Positions 1-9,696 of a stretch of DNA of 41,876 bases are shown one piece after another. The notes under the pieces are model-generated. The model did no database searches, was not told where the DNA came from, and saw only the letters and a list, made by a program, of their open reading frames with translations. Both the position numbers and the translations under genes were made by a program. The stretch spans positions 1-41,876 of the forward strand of contig JBDNFJ010000131.1 in the NCBI GenBank assembly GCA_041689895.1, given 5' to 3'. Numbering within the stretch: position 1 is the first letter of the stretch; each line of letters begins with the position of its first letter. The stretch comes from Gracilimonas sp. (GTDB lineage Bacteria; Bacteroidota; Rhodothermia; Balneolales; Balneolaceae).

Positions 1-79
1 CGATGAGATGGTGCACCAATATTTAGAGCACCATAGAAATAAAAATGATGAAGATAACTCAGATTTCATCTTGGAATGA
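1..79 (+). CDS. tnpA: IS200/IS605-family TnpA (Y1 HUH) transposase, C-terminal fragment cut by window edge
   Basis: Frame from base 2 reads DEMVHQYLEHHRNKNDEDNSDFILE* (TGA 77-79). This resembles the catalytic-Tyr helix and tail of Bacteroidota-type IS200 TnpA, and subterminal hairpins follow. Not in the ORF track. Confidence 0.75.
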   Translation, partial: DEMVHQYLEHHRNKNDEDNSDFILE

Positions 80-84
80 GAGCC

Positions 85-137
85 GGGACTTTCAGTCCCA
101 ACCCAAACCCCTGCACTTTCAGTGCAGGGTGGTTTAG
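85..137 (+). mobile_element. IS200/IS605 right end with two subterminal hairpins
   Basis: GGGACT-TTC-AGTCCC (85-99) and CCCTGCACT-TTC-AGTGCAGGG (109-129) share an ACT-TTC-AGT core, and the second is framed by AAACC...GGTTT. They lie directly after the tnpA stop, with no tnpB. Confidence 0.7.
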
Positions 138-351
138 TTTAACGGCTCTAAAATTAGCATTAACACATTGTAGAGAAGGATTTTTGGAGGCCTCAACCCA
201 ATTTGCTTTGAGCCCTCTAATAGTTGAGAAGAAGCATTCTTTGTTTTGTGGAAGCACCTACGCATATTGAGCTTAGTTAAAGAATATGACAGAAATGAAT
301 CCCTTTTTCGGAGTTCAACAAGTAGCTATTTGTAATTTTTTTTATTTTCGT

Positions 352-366
352 TATGTTCAAACATAT
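352..366. promoter_or_regulatory. Candidate GntR/HutC operator upstream of the regulator
   Basis: Palindrome TATGTT-CA-AACATA (352-365). The 13-mer TGTTCAAACATAT recurs at 2284-2296 and resembles the HutC-type GT-N-TA-N-AC core. Confidence 0.6.
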
Positions 367-384
367 AAAAACTCACCCCTATAT

Positions 385-1122
385 ATGAAGCTATCTATAA
401 ACCATAATAGTCCCCTTCCTTTACATGTGCAGGTTGAAGAGTTATTGCGGAAAATAATACAAGAGCCGGAATATCAAAAAGGAAAGCTGTTGCCTAAAGA
501 GGTTGAAATGGCCAACGAATTGGGCATTTCCCGCAATACGTTACGTCAAGCCACAAATAAATTGGTATATGAAGGACTTTTATTCAGGAAAAAGGGAGTA
601 GGCACACGTGTAGCTAAGCAAGTGGATAGTAAAGCGAAAAACTGGTTGAGCTTCACTCAAGAAATGAAGGCTAAGGGAATTGAGGTGGTGAACTACAACA
701 TCAACATCACATGGGAAGCTCCCTCCGAAGAGATTCGTAATTTTTTTACATTAGAAAATGGGAATAAGGTGTTGAAGATGGAGCGTTTGAGAGGCGGAAA
801 AGATGGTCCGTTTGTGTTTTTTGTATCTTATTTTCATCCTAGAATTGGCTTGACTGGAGAGGAGGATTTCTCGCGTCCTTTATATGAAATTTTAAGCAGT
901 GAACATTCCGTTATAGCCAAACTTTCTAAAGAGGAAATATCTGCAATATCTGCGGATTTGCCGTTGTCAAAAATGCTTGGAATGGGAAAAGGTGAGCCCA
1001 TTCTGAAGAGAAAACGGTTTGTTTATGATCCGGGAAATCGTCCTATAGAATATAATATTGGCTATTACAGAGGTGATAGTATTGTATATAGCGTTGAGAG
1101 TGAGCGGGAACAAAATATATGA
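385..1122 (+). CDS. GntR-family (HutC/UTRA) transcriptional regulator
   Basis: N-terminal wHTH (PLHVQVEE...LPKEVEMANELGISRNTLRQA...GVGTRV) plus a UTRA domain. Start moved from 286 to ATG 385 (MKLSINHN). Confidence 0.92.
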   Translation: MKLSINHNSPLPLHVQVEELLRKIIQEPEYQKGKLLPKEVEMANELGISRNTLRQATNKLVYEGLLFRKKGVGTRVAKQVDSKAKNWLSFTQEMKAKGIEVVNYNINITWEAPSEEIRNFFTLENGNKVLKMERLRGGKDGPFVFFVSYFHPRIGLTGEEDFSRPLYEILSSEHSVIAKLSKEEISAISADLPLSKMLGMGKGEPILKRKRFVYDPGNRPIEYNIGYYRGDSIVYSVESEREQNI

Positions 1123-2225
1123 TTAAACACATGGTTATTTTGCAGCGATTATTATTGGCATTGATTTTTGTATCTGCAACCTCGTTTCTATCAGGCTGCA
1201 ATTTCGAGAAAATTAAAGTTGATGAAGATGCTCATTTTAATACGCTTTTTACGCGGTCGGGTGGTGGATTTACCGGTGCGGATGGTACCTATTCCGTTTA
1301 CCTGCCTGATGGAAGAACCGTGTGGATTTTCGGTGATACTTTTCTGGGAACGGTGAATGCCGATAGCACTCGAAGAAAAATGAACCCCATGTATATTCGC
1401 AATGCTTTTGTTGTGCAAGATGATACAATGCTTACCACGCTTTACACCGGAACAACCGAGGATTATCATTCCCTCATTATTCCCCCCAAGGTTAAAAAAT
1501 CTGATGGAGAGTTAACCGAAAATCAGTTTTGGTACTGGCCGGGAGATGGTTTTGCACAACAGGACACCTTGAAAGTTTTTTTGTCGGAATTTGAACAGGT
1601 TACAGATGACATGTGGGGATTTGAGTGGAAAAGTACGGCTTTAGCTGAATTTCTTTTGCCAGGTTTTGAACAAGTGGCTCTGCATGAGATACCCACAGCT
1701 AAAGTTGATTCCATCCATTTTGGTCACGCCGTATTGAAAGACAAAGGCTTCCTTTATATGTATGGACTTAGAAATGGGAAACCCTATGCAGCTCGCACAA
1801 ATTTAAAGAATATTTTAGGAGACTGGGAATATTTTTCGGAAGGTAAGTGGACAAGAAATGTAAAAGGAGCCACGCCTATATTAGATATTAATATCTCAGA
1901 ACAGTTTAGCGTATTTAAGCTGGGAAATACTTATTACCTACTAACCCAATTAGGTGATTTTAGTAATGATGTTTGGGTTTTTCATGCTGACGAGCCTGAT
2001 AGTTGGGAAACCACTAAAGGAAAGAAAATATTCACGATAGATATTCCATTTAACAATTCAGAATTGTTTACCTACAATGCCTTGGCTCATCCACAATTCA
2101 TAGATGATCAAGAAAGATTACTTGTTTCCTACAATATGAATAGCCACAAATTGCAGGATCTTTTTCAGAACGCCCATATTTATAAACCTCGCTTTCTTCG
2201 GGTTCCAATTCATGATCTGAAATAG
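1119..2225 (+). CDS. DUF4185/DUF5005-like beta-propeller lipoprotein, putative glycoside hydrolase
   Basis: Lipobox LSGC. Motifs GADGTYSV.LPDGRTVWIFGDTF, WYWPGDG, SEQFSV, YNALAHP, LVSYN, YKPRF. Confidence 0.7.
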   Translation: MIKHMVILQRLLLALIFVSATSFLSGCNFEKIKVDEDAHFNTLFTRSGGGFTGADGTYSVYLPDGRTVWIFGDTFLGTVNADSTRRKMNPMYIRNAFVVQDDTMLTTLYTGTTEDYHSLIIPPKVKKSDGELTENQFWYWPGDGFAQQDTLKVFLSEFEQVTDDMWGFEWKSTALAEFLLPGFEQVALHEIPTAKVDSIHFGHAVLKDKGFLYMYGLRNGKPYAARTNLKNILGDWEYFSEGKWTRNVKGATPILDINISEQFSVFKLGNTYYLLTQLGDFSNDVWVFHADEPDSWETTKGKKIFTIDIPFNNSELFTYNALAHPQFIDDQERLLVSYNMNSHKLQDLFQNAHIYKPRFLRVPIHDLK

Positions 2226-2256
2226 GGATGATTTTCAAATTTTTAAAAAACAAAGC

Positions 2257-2296
2257 TTGCAAAAATATTTCAAAACAGTATATTGTTCAAACATAT
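2257..2296 (+). promoter_or_regulatory. Putative sigma70-like promoter with overlapping GntR operator copy
   Basis: TTGCAA (2257-2262)-N16-TATATT (2279-2284), immediately followed by TGTTCAAACATAT (2284-2296), upstream of the lipoprotein-susC-susD run. Confidence 0.5.
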
Positions 2297-2313
2297 CAAC
2301 ATAATAAAAAATC

Positions 2314-3177
2314 ATGATGAAACACCTAAAACGACTACCCCTAATAGTAGCAGCAGGGTTCTTATTTCTAACTTCCTGTAAGAATGGAGATAACAAACCT
2401 GAACTACCTACGATTTCATTAGCACAGGAATCTATACAGAGTAAAGCGGGAGAATCAATTACCGTTAGTGTGACTTACACAACACCGGAAGGATTTGACC
2501 GATTAGAAGTTGCAAAGAAATTAGATGGCAAGGTGAAGGACACCAAGACTATGAAAGAGGCTGGGAGCGGTTCCTATAATTTCGGTTACGATATTTTAGT
2601 GGATGATTCAGATGGCATCCTATCCTTTACTTTTACGATTTTTGACCAAGCGGAAGCTTCAGCAAGCAAAGATTTAGTAGTGGAAGTAGAGCTCACTAAA
2701 AAACAGTTATTGAATAAGTACGATTGGTTGCTATCTACTGAGATTAGGAAGAAAACAGGCGAAAATGATATCACTGATGCTTATACAGATGATGTATATC
2801 GTTTCCATGATGATGGTAGTTATGACAAGAGTATTGGCGAAAAGGCAGATGATTTCGGAGATGCTTGGTTTAATTATTGTTACTGGAACTTAGATGATCA
2901 GGATGTACTGATTATGACTAAAACCGGTGCATTTGGCGAAGATGTAAGAGACACTTTGTACATAACTACGCTAAATGCAGATGAGTTGAAAGCAGATGTA
3001 ACGTACTATGGTCTGGATGACTTTAACACAGGAGAGGAAGCTACTCCGTACGAACCTGAAGAAGAATACACGAAGGTTTTCTCAGCTCAGCCTAAAGGTG
3101 CAAATTTTGACCCTTATGGCCCGGGTAGTGACGATGATGACGGCCCCGCTGGAACTTGTAATGAAGTTACCTTTTAG
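2314..3177 (+). CDS. PUL surface lipoprotein (SusE/F-like position), Ig-like plus lipocalin-like domains
   Basis: Lipobox LTSC, strongly acidic, directly upstream of susC. Domain guess comes from the beta-strand pattern only. Confidence 0.65.
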   Translation: MMKHLKRLPLIVAAGFLFLTSCKNGDNKPELPTISLAQESIQSKAGESITVSVTYTTPEGFDRLEVAKKLDGKVKDTKTMKEAGSGSYNFGYDILVDDSDGILSFTFTIFDQAEASASKDLVVEVELTKKQLLNKYDWLLSTEIRKKTGENDITDAYTDDVYRFHDDGSYDKSIGEKADDFGDAWFNYCYWNLDDQDVLIMTKTGAFGEDVRDTLYITTLNADELKADVTYYGLDDFNTGEEATPYEPEEEYTKVFSAQPKGANFDPYGPGSDDDDGPAGTCNEVTF

Positions 3178-3193
3178 TAGCTGATGATTACCC

Positions 3194-3237
3194 GTCAAGC
3201 AGGTTGCATCTCGTTGGCCTGTTTGACTTTTCTTTTT
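3194..3237 (+). terminator. Intrinsic terminator-like hairpin between lipoprotein and susC
   Basis: GTCAAGCAGGTT...GGCCTGTTTGAC (12-bp stem with G-U pairs) followed by TTTTCTTTTT. Confidence 0.6.
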
Positions 3238-3268
3238 CCAATTATTCTTTTGGCCACATCAAAAGGTT

Positions 3269-6200
3269 ATGAAAAATCTCTTTCTCTTTCTTTTAGCGGT
3301 ATTTATTTCCGTAGCCAATTCTGTACAAGCTCAGGAAACGCAAATTCCTGTAACCGGCATTGTTTATATGGATGGAGAGCCTTTAACAGGTGCAAACATT
3401 GTTATAAAAAATAATTCCAGTAGAGGTACAATAACAGATATTGATGGCTACTTTAGCCTGAAAGTCCCTAAAAACGGAACCATTGTAGTTTCCTTTATAG
3501 GATTTATTTCACAAGAATTCGTGATAACTGAGGAAGTAAATCTAACGGTAGAATTAAAGGAAGATACTATTCAAGGAGAAGAACTTGTAGTAGTTGGCTA
3601 CGGCTCGGTGCGTAGAAGCGATTTAACCGGCTCTATTTCATCTATCAGTTCAGAAGACATTCAGTCCGCCTCCATTTCATCCATTGATCAAGGACTGCAA
3701 GGGAAAGCCTCGGGCGTTGTTATTACTCAAACATCAGGTCAACCTGGTTCAGGAAGTTCAATACGCATACGTGGAACTAGTTCCATTAATGGGAATAACG
3801 AGCCGTTGTATGTAATCGATGGTATTCCGGTAATTAGTGATGCCTCTCAGCTTTCTTCAGGGGCTACCAAAGGCCCGTCTATGAATCCGTTGGCCAGTAT
3901 AAACCCAAGTGATGTTGAATCGGTTGAGATTTTGAAAGACGCTTCTGCTACGGCCATCTATGGCGCACGTGGTGCCAATGGCGTTATTCTGGTTACCACT
4001 AAAAAAGGAAGCAAAAATGGCACCGAGGTTTCATTGGGATATTATACCGGTGTTCAAGCCGTATCAAGGAAAATCCCAATGCTAACGGCTGAAGAATTAG
4101 CCATTTTAGGAAATGAAGCGGCGGATAATACAAACGTTGCACGCAGGCTTGTTTATGCAAGTCCCGGTAATTTAGGAGAAGGAACTGATTGGCAGGATGA
4201 GATTTTCAGAACGGCTCCCATTAGTAATTATCAGCTTTCGGTGAAGGGGGGCGATGAAGATACGAGGTACACACTTTCCGGGAGCTATTTTGATCAAGAA
4301 GGTATTGTGCGAAGTTCAGGCTTTCAGAAAGGCAATTTTAGAGTCAACTTAGGCCAAGACGTATCGAAGAAGGTGAATGTTGGGGTAAACCTGAATGTAA
4401 ACCGGAGCATTATGGATGGTGTAATCACAGATGAAGAAGCTGCTACTGCATCCAGTATTACATCTTGGGCTTTAGAGTTTAATCCCGGCCTACCAGTGTA
4501 CGATAATGATGGTGATTATGTTTATGACAACAATACCTCCCGTCCTTCTGTGGGAAATCCAGTGGCCGATGCGGAGGAAACCAGCCAGTTTAATAAAGCC
4601 ACACGAATTATGGGGAGTGCGGTTTTAAAATGGGAAATAGTTAATAACTTGGAATTCAAAAGCTCGGTTGGCATCGACGGATTTATAAACGAGCAGTCAT
4701 ATTTTGTGCCCAATTTTATAAAAAGGGCAGAGGCAAGTAATGGACAAGCTGTTTTAGGTGATACAAAAGGATATACCTGGCTCGTCGAGAATGTGCTCTC
4801 TTACAATGCACTTCTAAATAAAGACCACTTTATAAATATAGTGGCCGGGCATACGTTGCAAAAGTTTGAGAACAACTTCTTGTATGCCGCTACTTCCGAC
4901 TTTGATGATAATAGGTTGGGATTTAATGCCATTCAAAGTGGAAATGAGAAAACGTTATCGTTGAGCGGTGCTTCAGGTTGGCAAATGCAATCGGTGTTAT
5001 CACGCGTGAATTACACGTTTAAAGACAAATACTTGCTTACGGCGTCGGGGCGCGTGGATGGCTCCTCAAAGTTTGGTGAAGGAAATAAATATGGCTTTTT
5101 CCCCTCATTCTCAGCTGCATGGCGCATGAAAAACGAAGCATTTTTAAAAGATGTAGCATTCTTAAGCGCTTTAAAGCTTAGGGTAGGATATGGAATTGTA
5201 GGAAACGAAGGTATTCCACCTTATAGCTCTATGGGAACCTTGGAGGTAACGGAAGCTTATTTCGGGGAGAATGAAATAGCGAAGGGCGCGGGGCCCGCAA
5301 CCTTGGCTAATGAAGATTTAAAATGGGAAACCACCAGCCAATTAAATATAGGTTTAGATGTGGGGTTTTTTGACGATCGTATTTCGGTAACCACTGATTA
5401 TTACATCAAAAATACAACCGATCTGCTATTAAATGCTCCCGTTCCTTATATCTCAGGCTTTAAGTTTGCTTATACCAATGTGGGAGAGCTTCTAAACGAA
5501 GGGTTCGAGATTGCTATCAACTCGCATAATTTAACCGGAGAGCTACAATGGCGAACCAATCTCACATTTTCACACAACCGTAACGAAATCATAAAACTGA
5601 CCGGAGAAGAAAATGCTGGTTTAGTTGGCCAAAATATATTGGGCATTAACGGCTGGACTCGCATCACCGAAGGTAAACCCATTGGAACTTTTTATGGCTA
5701 CAAGTCGGATGGAATTGTGCAGAAGGGTGAGGATCTCAATGAAGTGCCGGTTTTTGTAAGCTATGCGCCAACGTATGGCGATCGTAAGTATGTAGACCAA
5801 AATGGGGATAACATCATCAATGAAGAGGATAAAGTGGAATTAGGAAACGCCAATCCTGACTTCACTTTCGGGATTGGGAACGAATTTAATTATCACAATT
5901 TCTCGCTTAATGTATTTCTGCAAGGAGTGTACGGGAATGAGGTGGTTAATTTTAATCGCTTTGGGTTAGAAAGCTTTGATGGAACCAAAAACAATTCGAC
6001 CGTTGCATTAGATCGCTGGACGCCCAACAATCCTACCAACATATATCCACGGGCCAATGCGCTTCCGCCCGGCAATGTACTTTCGGATGTTCAGGTTGAA
6101 GATGGCTCATACCTGCGTGTACAGGATGTAACCCTGAGCTATTATTTACCCGTTAAATGGGTGGATAAATGGAACTTCAAGCTCGTTCGCTTCTACGTGA

Positions 6201-6349
6201 GCGCAAAAAACCTGTACACTTTTACAAACTATTCCGGTTATGATCCTGAGGTGAGTCGGTTTGCGAATGATAATCTGAGTATGGGTGCTGATTATGGCTC
6301 ATATCCACGGTCAAAAATGTTCATGGCTGGAATTAATATTTCGTTATAA
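3269..6349 (+). CDS. susC: SusC/RagA TonB-dependent transporter
   Basis: CarboxypepD-like N-terminus, VVVGYG, plug motifs PLYVIDG and INPSDVESVEILKDASATAIYGARGANGVILVTTK, LKWETT, C-terminal YP...GINISL. Confidence 0.97.
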   Translation: MKNLFLFLLAVFISVANSVQAQETQIPVTGIVYMDGEPLTGANIVIKNNSSRGTITDIDGYFSLKVPKNGTIVVSFIGFISQEFVITEEVNLTVELKEDTIQGEELVVVGYGSVRRSDLTGSISSISSEDIQSASISSIDQGLQGKASGVVITQTSGQPGSGSSIRIRGTSSINGNNEPLYVIDGIPVISDASQLSSGATKGPSMNPLASINPSDVESVEILKDASATAIYGARGANGVILVTTKKGSKNGTEVSLGYYTGVQAVSRKIPMLTAEELAILGNEAADNTNVARRLVYASPGNLGEGTDWQDEIFRTAPISNYQLSVKGGDEDTRYTLSGSYFDQEGIVRSSGFQKGNFRVNLGQDVSKKVNVGVNLNVNRSIMDGVITDEEAATASSITSWALEFNPGLPVYDNDGDYVYDNNTSRPSVGNPVADAEETSQFNKATRIMGSAVLKWEIVNNLEFKSSVGIDGFINEQSYFVPNFIKRAEASNGQAVLGDTKGYTWLVENVLSYNALLNKDHFINIVAGHTLQKFENNFLYAATSDFDDNRLGFNAIQSGNEKTLSLSGASGWQMQSVLSRVNYTFKDKYLLTASGRVDGSSKFGEGNKYGFFPSFSAAWRMKNEAFLKDVAFLSALKLRVGYGIVGNEGIPPYSSMGTLEVTEAYFGENEIAKGAGPATLANEDLKWETTSQLNIGLDVGFFDDRISVTTDYYIKNTTDLLLNAPVPYISGFKFAYTNVGELLNEGFEIAINSHNLTGELQWRTNLTFSHNRNEIIKLTGEENAGLVGQNILGINGWTRITEGKPIGTFYGYKSDGIVQKGEDLNEVPVFVSYAPTYGDRKYVDQNGDNIINEEDKVELGNANPDFTFGIGNEFNYHNFSLNVFLQGVYGNEVVNFNRFGLESFDGTKNNSTVALDRWTPNNPTNIYPRANALPPGNVLSDVQVEDGSYLRVQDVTLSYYLPVKWVDKWNFKLVRFYVSAKNLYTFTNYSGYDPEVSRFANDNLSMGADYGSYPRSKMFMAGINISL

Positions 6350-6359
6350 GGAGCAAGAG

Positions 6360-7877
6360 ATGCTGTTATCAAACATAAATTTTTCCATAAAGTCTGCTTT
6401 ACTGTTTCTGGCTGTCATAGGTTTAATGGCTATTGGCGGGTGCGATTTTTTAGATGAAAACCCAAATTCTACCATCACAACCGATAATTTCTATCAGACG
6501 GAAGGAGATGCAGTTTCGGCTACTAACGCACTTTATGACTATTTAAGCGTTGGGACAGATGGTATTTTTGAGCCTTCTTTTGGGGGAATATTCTTTAATG
6601 ACTACTGGATTTTCAATGATCTGGTATCCGACAATGTTGCAGAAACACAAACTGATCAAACCTATAGAAGCCTGTCTGAACTCAATCACACGGCAGATAA
6701 TTTACGCATTGAGTTTTATTGGCAAGATCTGTACAAAACTATAAATGCGGCTAATGTAGTCATAGATCGCATTCCTGCCATCGATTTTAACGAGACGAAA
6801 AAGGACCATCTATTGGCTGAAGCTCATTTTATACGTGCCATGATGTACTTTGAATTGGTGCGTACTTTTGGCGATGTACCGCTTATGACTAATGCCACTA
6901 CGGATGTATCTAACACCTACAAGCCGAGAACGGAAGCCTCCAAAATCTATGCACAAGTTGTAGATGATTTAGAATATGCTGAGAAAAATTTAAGTACAAC
7001 CTACAGAGTAGGAAAAGGCCGGCCAACGCCTATGGCGGCTACCGCGCTATTAGCTAAAATATATTTGTATGAAGGAGACAATGGCCTGGCTGCTGGCAAA
7101 GCCAAAGAGGTTATAGATTCTCATCAATATCAATTAGAGCCTGATTTTGCTGACATATTCAAAATTGCCAATATGAATCGGGGTGAAATAATTTTTGCGA
7201 TTAATTTTAGTGGAACGCAAAGTGAAGGTTTTAAGCCCAATCAGTATTTAGTCCGATTATTGCCACCCAATATGGATAAGGATGGGGAAGGCCCAAGAAA
7301 CTCACACGGCTGGGAAGTTCCTACCGATGACTTGTTTAACAGTTTTCAGAATAATGATCGCCGTAAAGAGGCCACTTTTATTGAAGAGTTCTCCTATAGC
7401 GATGGCTCCATGATTACTTTTGAACCGCATATTTCCAAGTTCTGGGATCATCAAGCTGAGCCCCGTGGCAATAACACCGACATGGATGTAGTGTACCTGC
7501 GCTACGCGGATATTTTGCTCATTTATGCTGAGGCCTTGAATGAAGAAAATAATGGCCCAACGGGTACAGCTTATGATGCGATCAATCAGGTACGCAAACG
7601 CGCGCGCTTCAATGGAACCGTTGAACAAAACATACTTCCGGATTTATCTGGCTTAAGTAATCAACAATTTAAAGATGCAATTCTTCAAGAGCGTCGTTGG
7701 GAGTTTGTAATGGAAGGCCAGCGCTGGGGAGACCTTGTTAGAATGGGCAAGCTGGTAGATAAGGTAAACGGTTCCGGTAAAACCAATGTATCGGCTGAAC
7801 CCCATCATAAATTATTCCCTATTCCACAGCGTGAGAGGAATATAAATACCAATCTCACGCAGAATCCCGGTTACTGA
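6360..7877 (+). CDS. susD: SusD/RagB glycan-binding lipoprotein
   Basis: Lipobox IGGC-DFLD, EAHFIRAMMYFELVRTFGDVPL, LRYADILLIYAEA, ERRWEFVMEGQRWGDLVR, FPIPQRE...LTQNPGY. Start moved to 6360 behind AAGGAG (6348-6353). Confidence 0.96.
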   Translation: MLLSNINFSIKSALLFLAVIGLMAIGGCDFLDENPNSTITTDNFYQTEGDAVSATNALYDYLSVGTDGIFEPSFGGIFFNDYWIFNDLVSDNVAETQTDQTYRSLSELNHTADNLRIEFYWQDLYKTINAANVVIDRIPAIDFNETKKDHLLAEAHFIRAMMYFELVRTFGDVPLMTNATTDVSNTYKPRTEASKIYAQVVDDLEYAEKNLSTTYRVGKGRPTPMAATALLAKIYLYEGDNGLAAGKAKEVIDSHQYQLEPDFADIFKIANMNRGEIIFAINFSGTQSEGFKPNQYLVRLLPPNMDKDGEGPRNSHGWEVPTDDLFNSFQNNDRRKEATFIEEFSYSDGSMITFEPHISKFWDHQAEPRGNNTDMDVVYLRYADILLIYAEALNEENNGPTGTAYDAINQVRKRARFNGTVEQNILPDLSGLSNQQFKDAILQERRWEFVMEGQRWGDLVRMGKLVDKVNGSGKTNVSAEPHHKLFPIPQRERNINTNLTQNPGY

Positions 7878-7928
7878 TAGTTCACTATTTAATTTCACCA
7901 TAACAATAACAAGATATACTGTATTAAA

Positions 7929-9671
7929 ATGAAGTTTGACAAAAGCCCTGCTATTCGAATATCCAATAAAACCTGTTTTATTGGATGGGCGACCATAATT
8001 GAACAAATATCCAATCATATTGATAAGCTCGATACCTCCACTCCGGTGGTGGCTATTGAATGTTATCAGGGAGTTTATTTCGAGGACCTAAAGAAAAACC
8101 TTGTTCAGGGCTTGCAACCAAATACGGTATTTACCTCAGACGATTATTTCTATGAGGAGAAAAAGATTAGAGAAATAACGCAGCCCGATGTTACGGACGA
8201 TCGAATTTTTGGACGTATTACCCAATTGAGCATCCAGGATTTTATTGATAATGAGAAAAAAGTAATCATCAATCATAAAATTAAGAATGAAGGTGGTTTA
8301 ACGATTATCATTGGAACCGGAGCCTCACAAATTGCGCATAAAACAGACGCTATCGTTTATGCGGATATGGCACGGTGGGAAATTCAACAAAGGATGCGAA
8401 AGCAAGAAATTTCTAATATTGGAATCAAAAATTTAGGAACTGGAACCGAAGATAAGTACAAACGCGGCTTCTTTGTGGATTGGCGAGTATGCGATCAATT
8501 GAAAAAGGAAATACATGGTTCCATTGATTTTATACTGGACACCAACCAACGTAATCAGCCGAAGTTAATTGATAAAGCAACCTATGATTATGCATTAGAA
8601 CATACTGTTAATCGGCCATTTAGTTTGGTGCCTTTCTTCGATCCCGGACCTTGGGGTGGACAATGGATGCGCGAGGTTTGCGATCTATCTCCTGAGCCCG
8701 ATAACTTTGCTTGGTGCTTTAACTGCGTTCCCGAAGAAAACAGCATTCACTATCAGTTCGATAATGGTGAAGTGTTTGAAATGCCGTCACTAAACGTTGT
8801 GTTTTTTCAAGCGAAAAAGCTACTGGGTGAGCAAGTGTATGAGCAGTTTGGGGGCGAATTCCCAATTCGGTTCGACTTCTTAGATACTGTGGAGGGAGGA
8901 AAACTAAGCCTACAAGTTCATCCCTCTGAGGATTTCATTAAAGAAGAATTTGGGATGAATTACACCCAAAATGAAAGCTATTATATGCTGGATGCTTCGG
9001 ATGATGCCTTAGTATATCTTGGCGTTAAGAAAGGAATAAATCCCGATGAAATGATAGTAGATTTAAAAGCAGCCAATAATGGCAATGGCTCTTTTAATGC
9101 GGATAAGTATGTACAAACTTGGCCCACTAAAAAGCATGACCACTATCTGATTCCAAATGGAGCAGTTCATTGTTCTGCCGAAGGTTGTATGGTACTGGAG
9201 ATTAGCGCAACGCCGTACATTTTTACTTTTAAACTGTGGGATTGGGATAGATTAGGCTTAGATGGTAAACCCCGTCCTATAAATGTAGAAAGAGGTGAGA
9301 AAGTAATTCGATGGGATTATGACGAAGAATGGGCAGAAAAAAATGTACTCAATAAATTTGAGATGCTGGATAGAGGAGAAGGATGGACCGAAGAACGAAC
9401 CGGCTTACAACCCTCACATTTTATGGAAACACGCCGTCACTGGTTTGATAAACCGGTAACTCATAAAGCTAACGGAAGTGTAGCCGTATTCAACTTGGTA
9501 GAAGGGAAGCAAGCGGTTGTTTCCAGTCCTAAGAACGAGTTTGAGCCTTATACGGTAAACTATGCTGAAACCTTTATAATACCTGCTCATATTCAGGAGT
9601 ATGTGATTGTCCCTGCAGGCGAAAGTGAAGGCGAAAAAATTGCAACCATCAAAGCGTTTGTGAGAACGTAA
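7929..9671 (+). CDS. Long class I mannose-6-phosphate isomerase-like cupin protein
   Basis: Type I PMI metal-ligand pattern LSLQVHP...QNESYY...GAVHC in the C-terminal half, plus an extra N-terminal region of about 230 aa. Substrate uncertain. Confidence 0.8.
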   Translation: MKFDKSPAIRISNKTCFIGWATIIEQISNHIDKLDTSTPVVAIECYQGVYFEDLKKNLVQGLQPNTVFTSDDYFYEEKKIREITQPDVTDDRIFGRITQLSIQDFIDNEKKVIINHKIKNEGGLTIIIGTGASQIAHKTDAIVYADMARWEIQQRMRKQEISNIGIKNLGTGTEDKYKRGFFVDWRVCDQLKKEIHGSIDFILDTNQRNQPKLIDKATYDYALEHTVNRPFSLVPFFDPGPWGGQWMREVCDLSPEPDNFAWCFNCVPEENSIHYQFDNGEVFEMPSLNVVFFQAKKLLGEQVYEQFGGEFPIRFDFLDTVEGGKLSLQVHPSEDFIKEEFGMNYTQNESYYMLDASDDALVYLGVKKGINPDEMIVDLKAANNGNGSFNADKYVQTWPTKKHDHYLIPNGAVHCSAEGCMVLEISATPYIFTFKLWDWDRLGLDGKPRPINVERGEKVIRWDYDEEWAEKNVLNKFEMLDRGEGWTEERTGLQPSHFMETRRHWFDKPVTHKANGSVAVFNLVEGKQAVVSSPKNEFEPYTVNYAETFIIPAHIQEYVIVPAGESEGEKIATIKAFVRT

Positions 9672-9696
9672 TGCTGAAAATTAATAAGGAGTTTCA

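Noticed and set aside
66-270. Track ORFs 66..257 (-) and 76..270 (+)
   Set aside because: They span the IS right-end hairpins and intergenic DNA and have no recognisable protein features.
3184-3414. 76-aa ORF overlapping the susC start
   Set aside because: It crosses the terminator-like hairpin and overlaps susC out of frame, with no support as a leader peptide.
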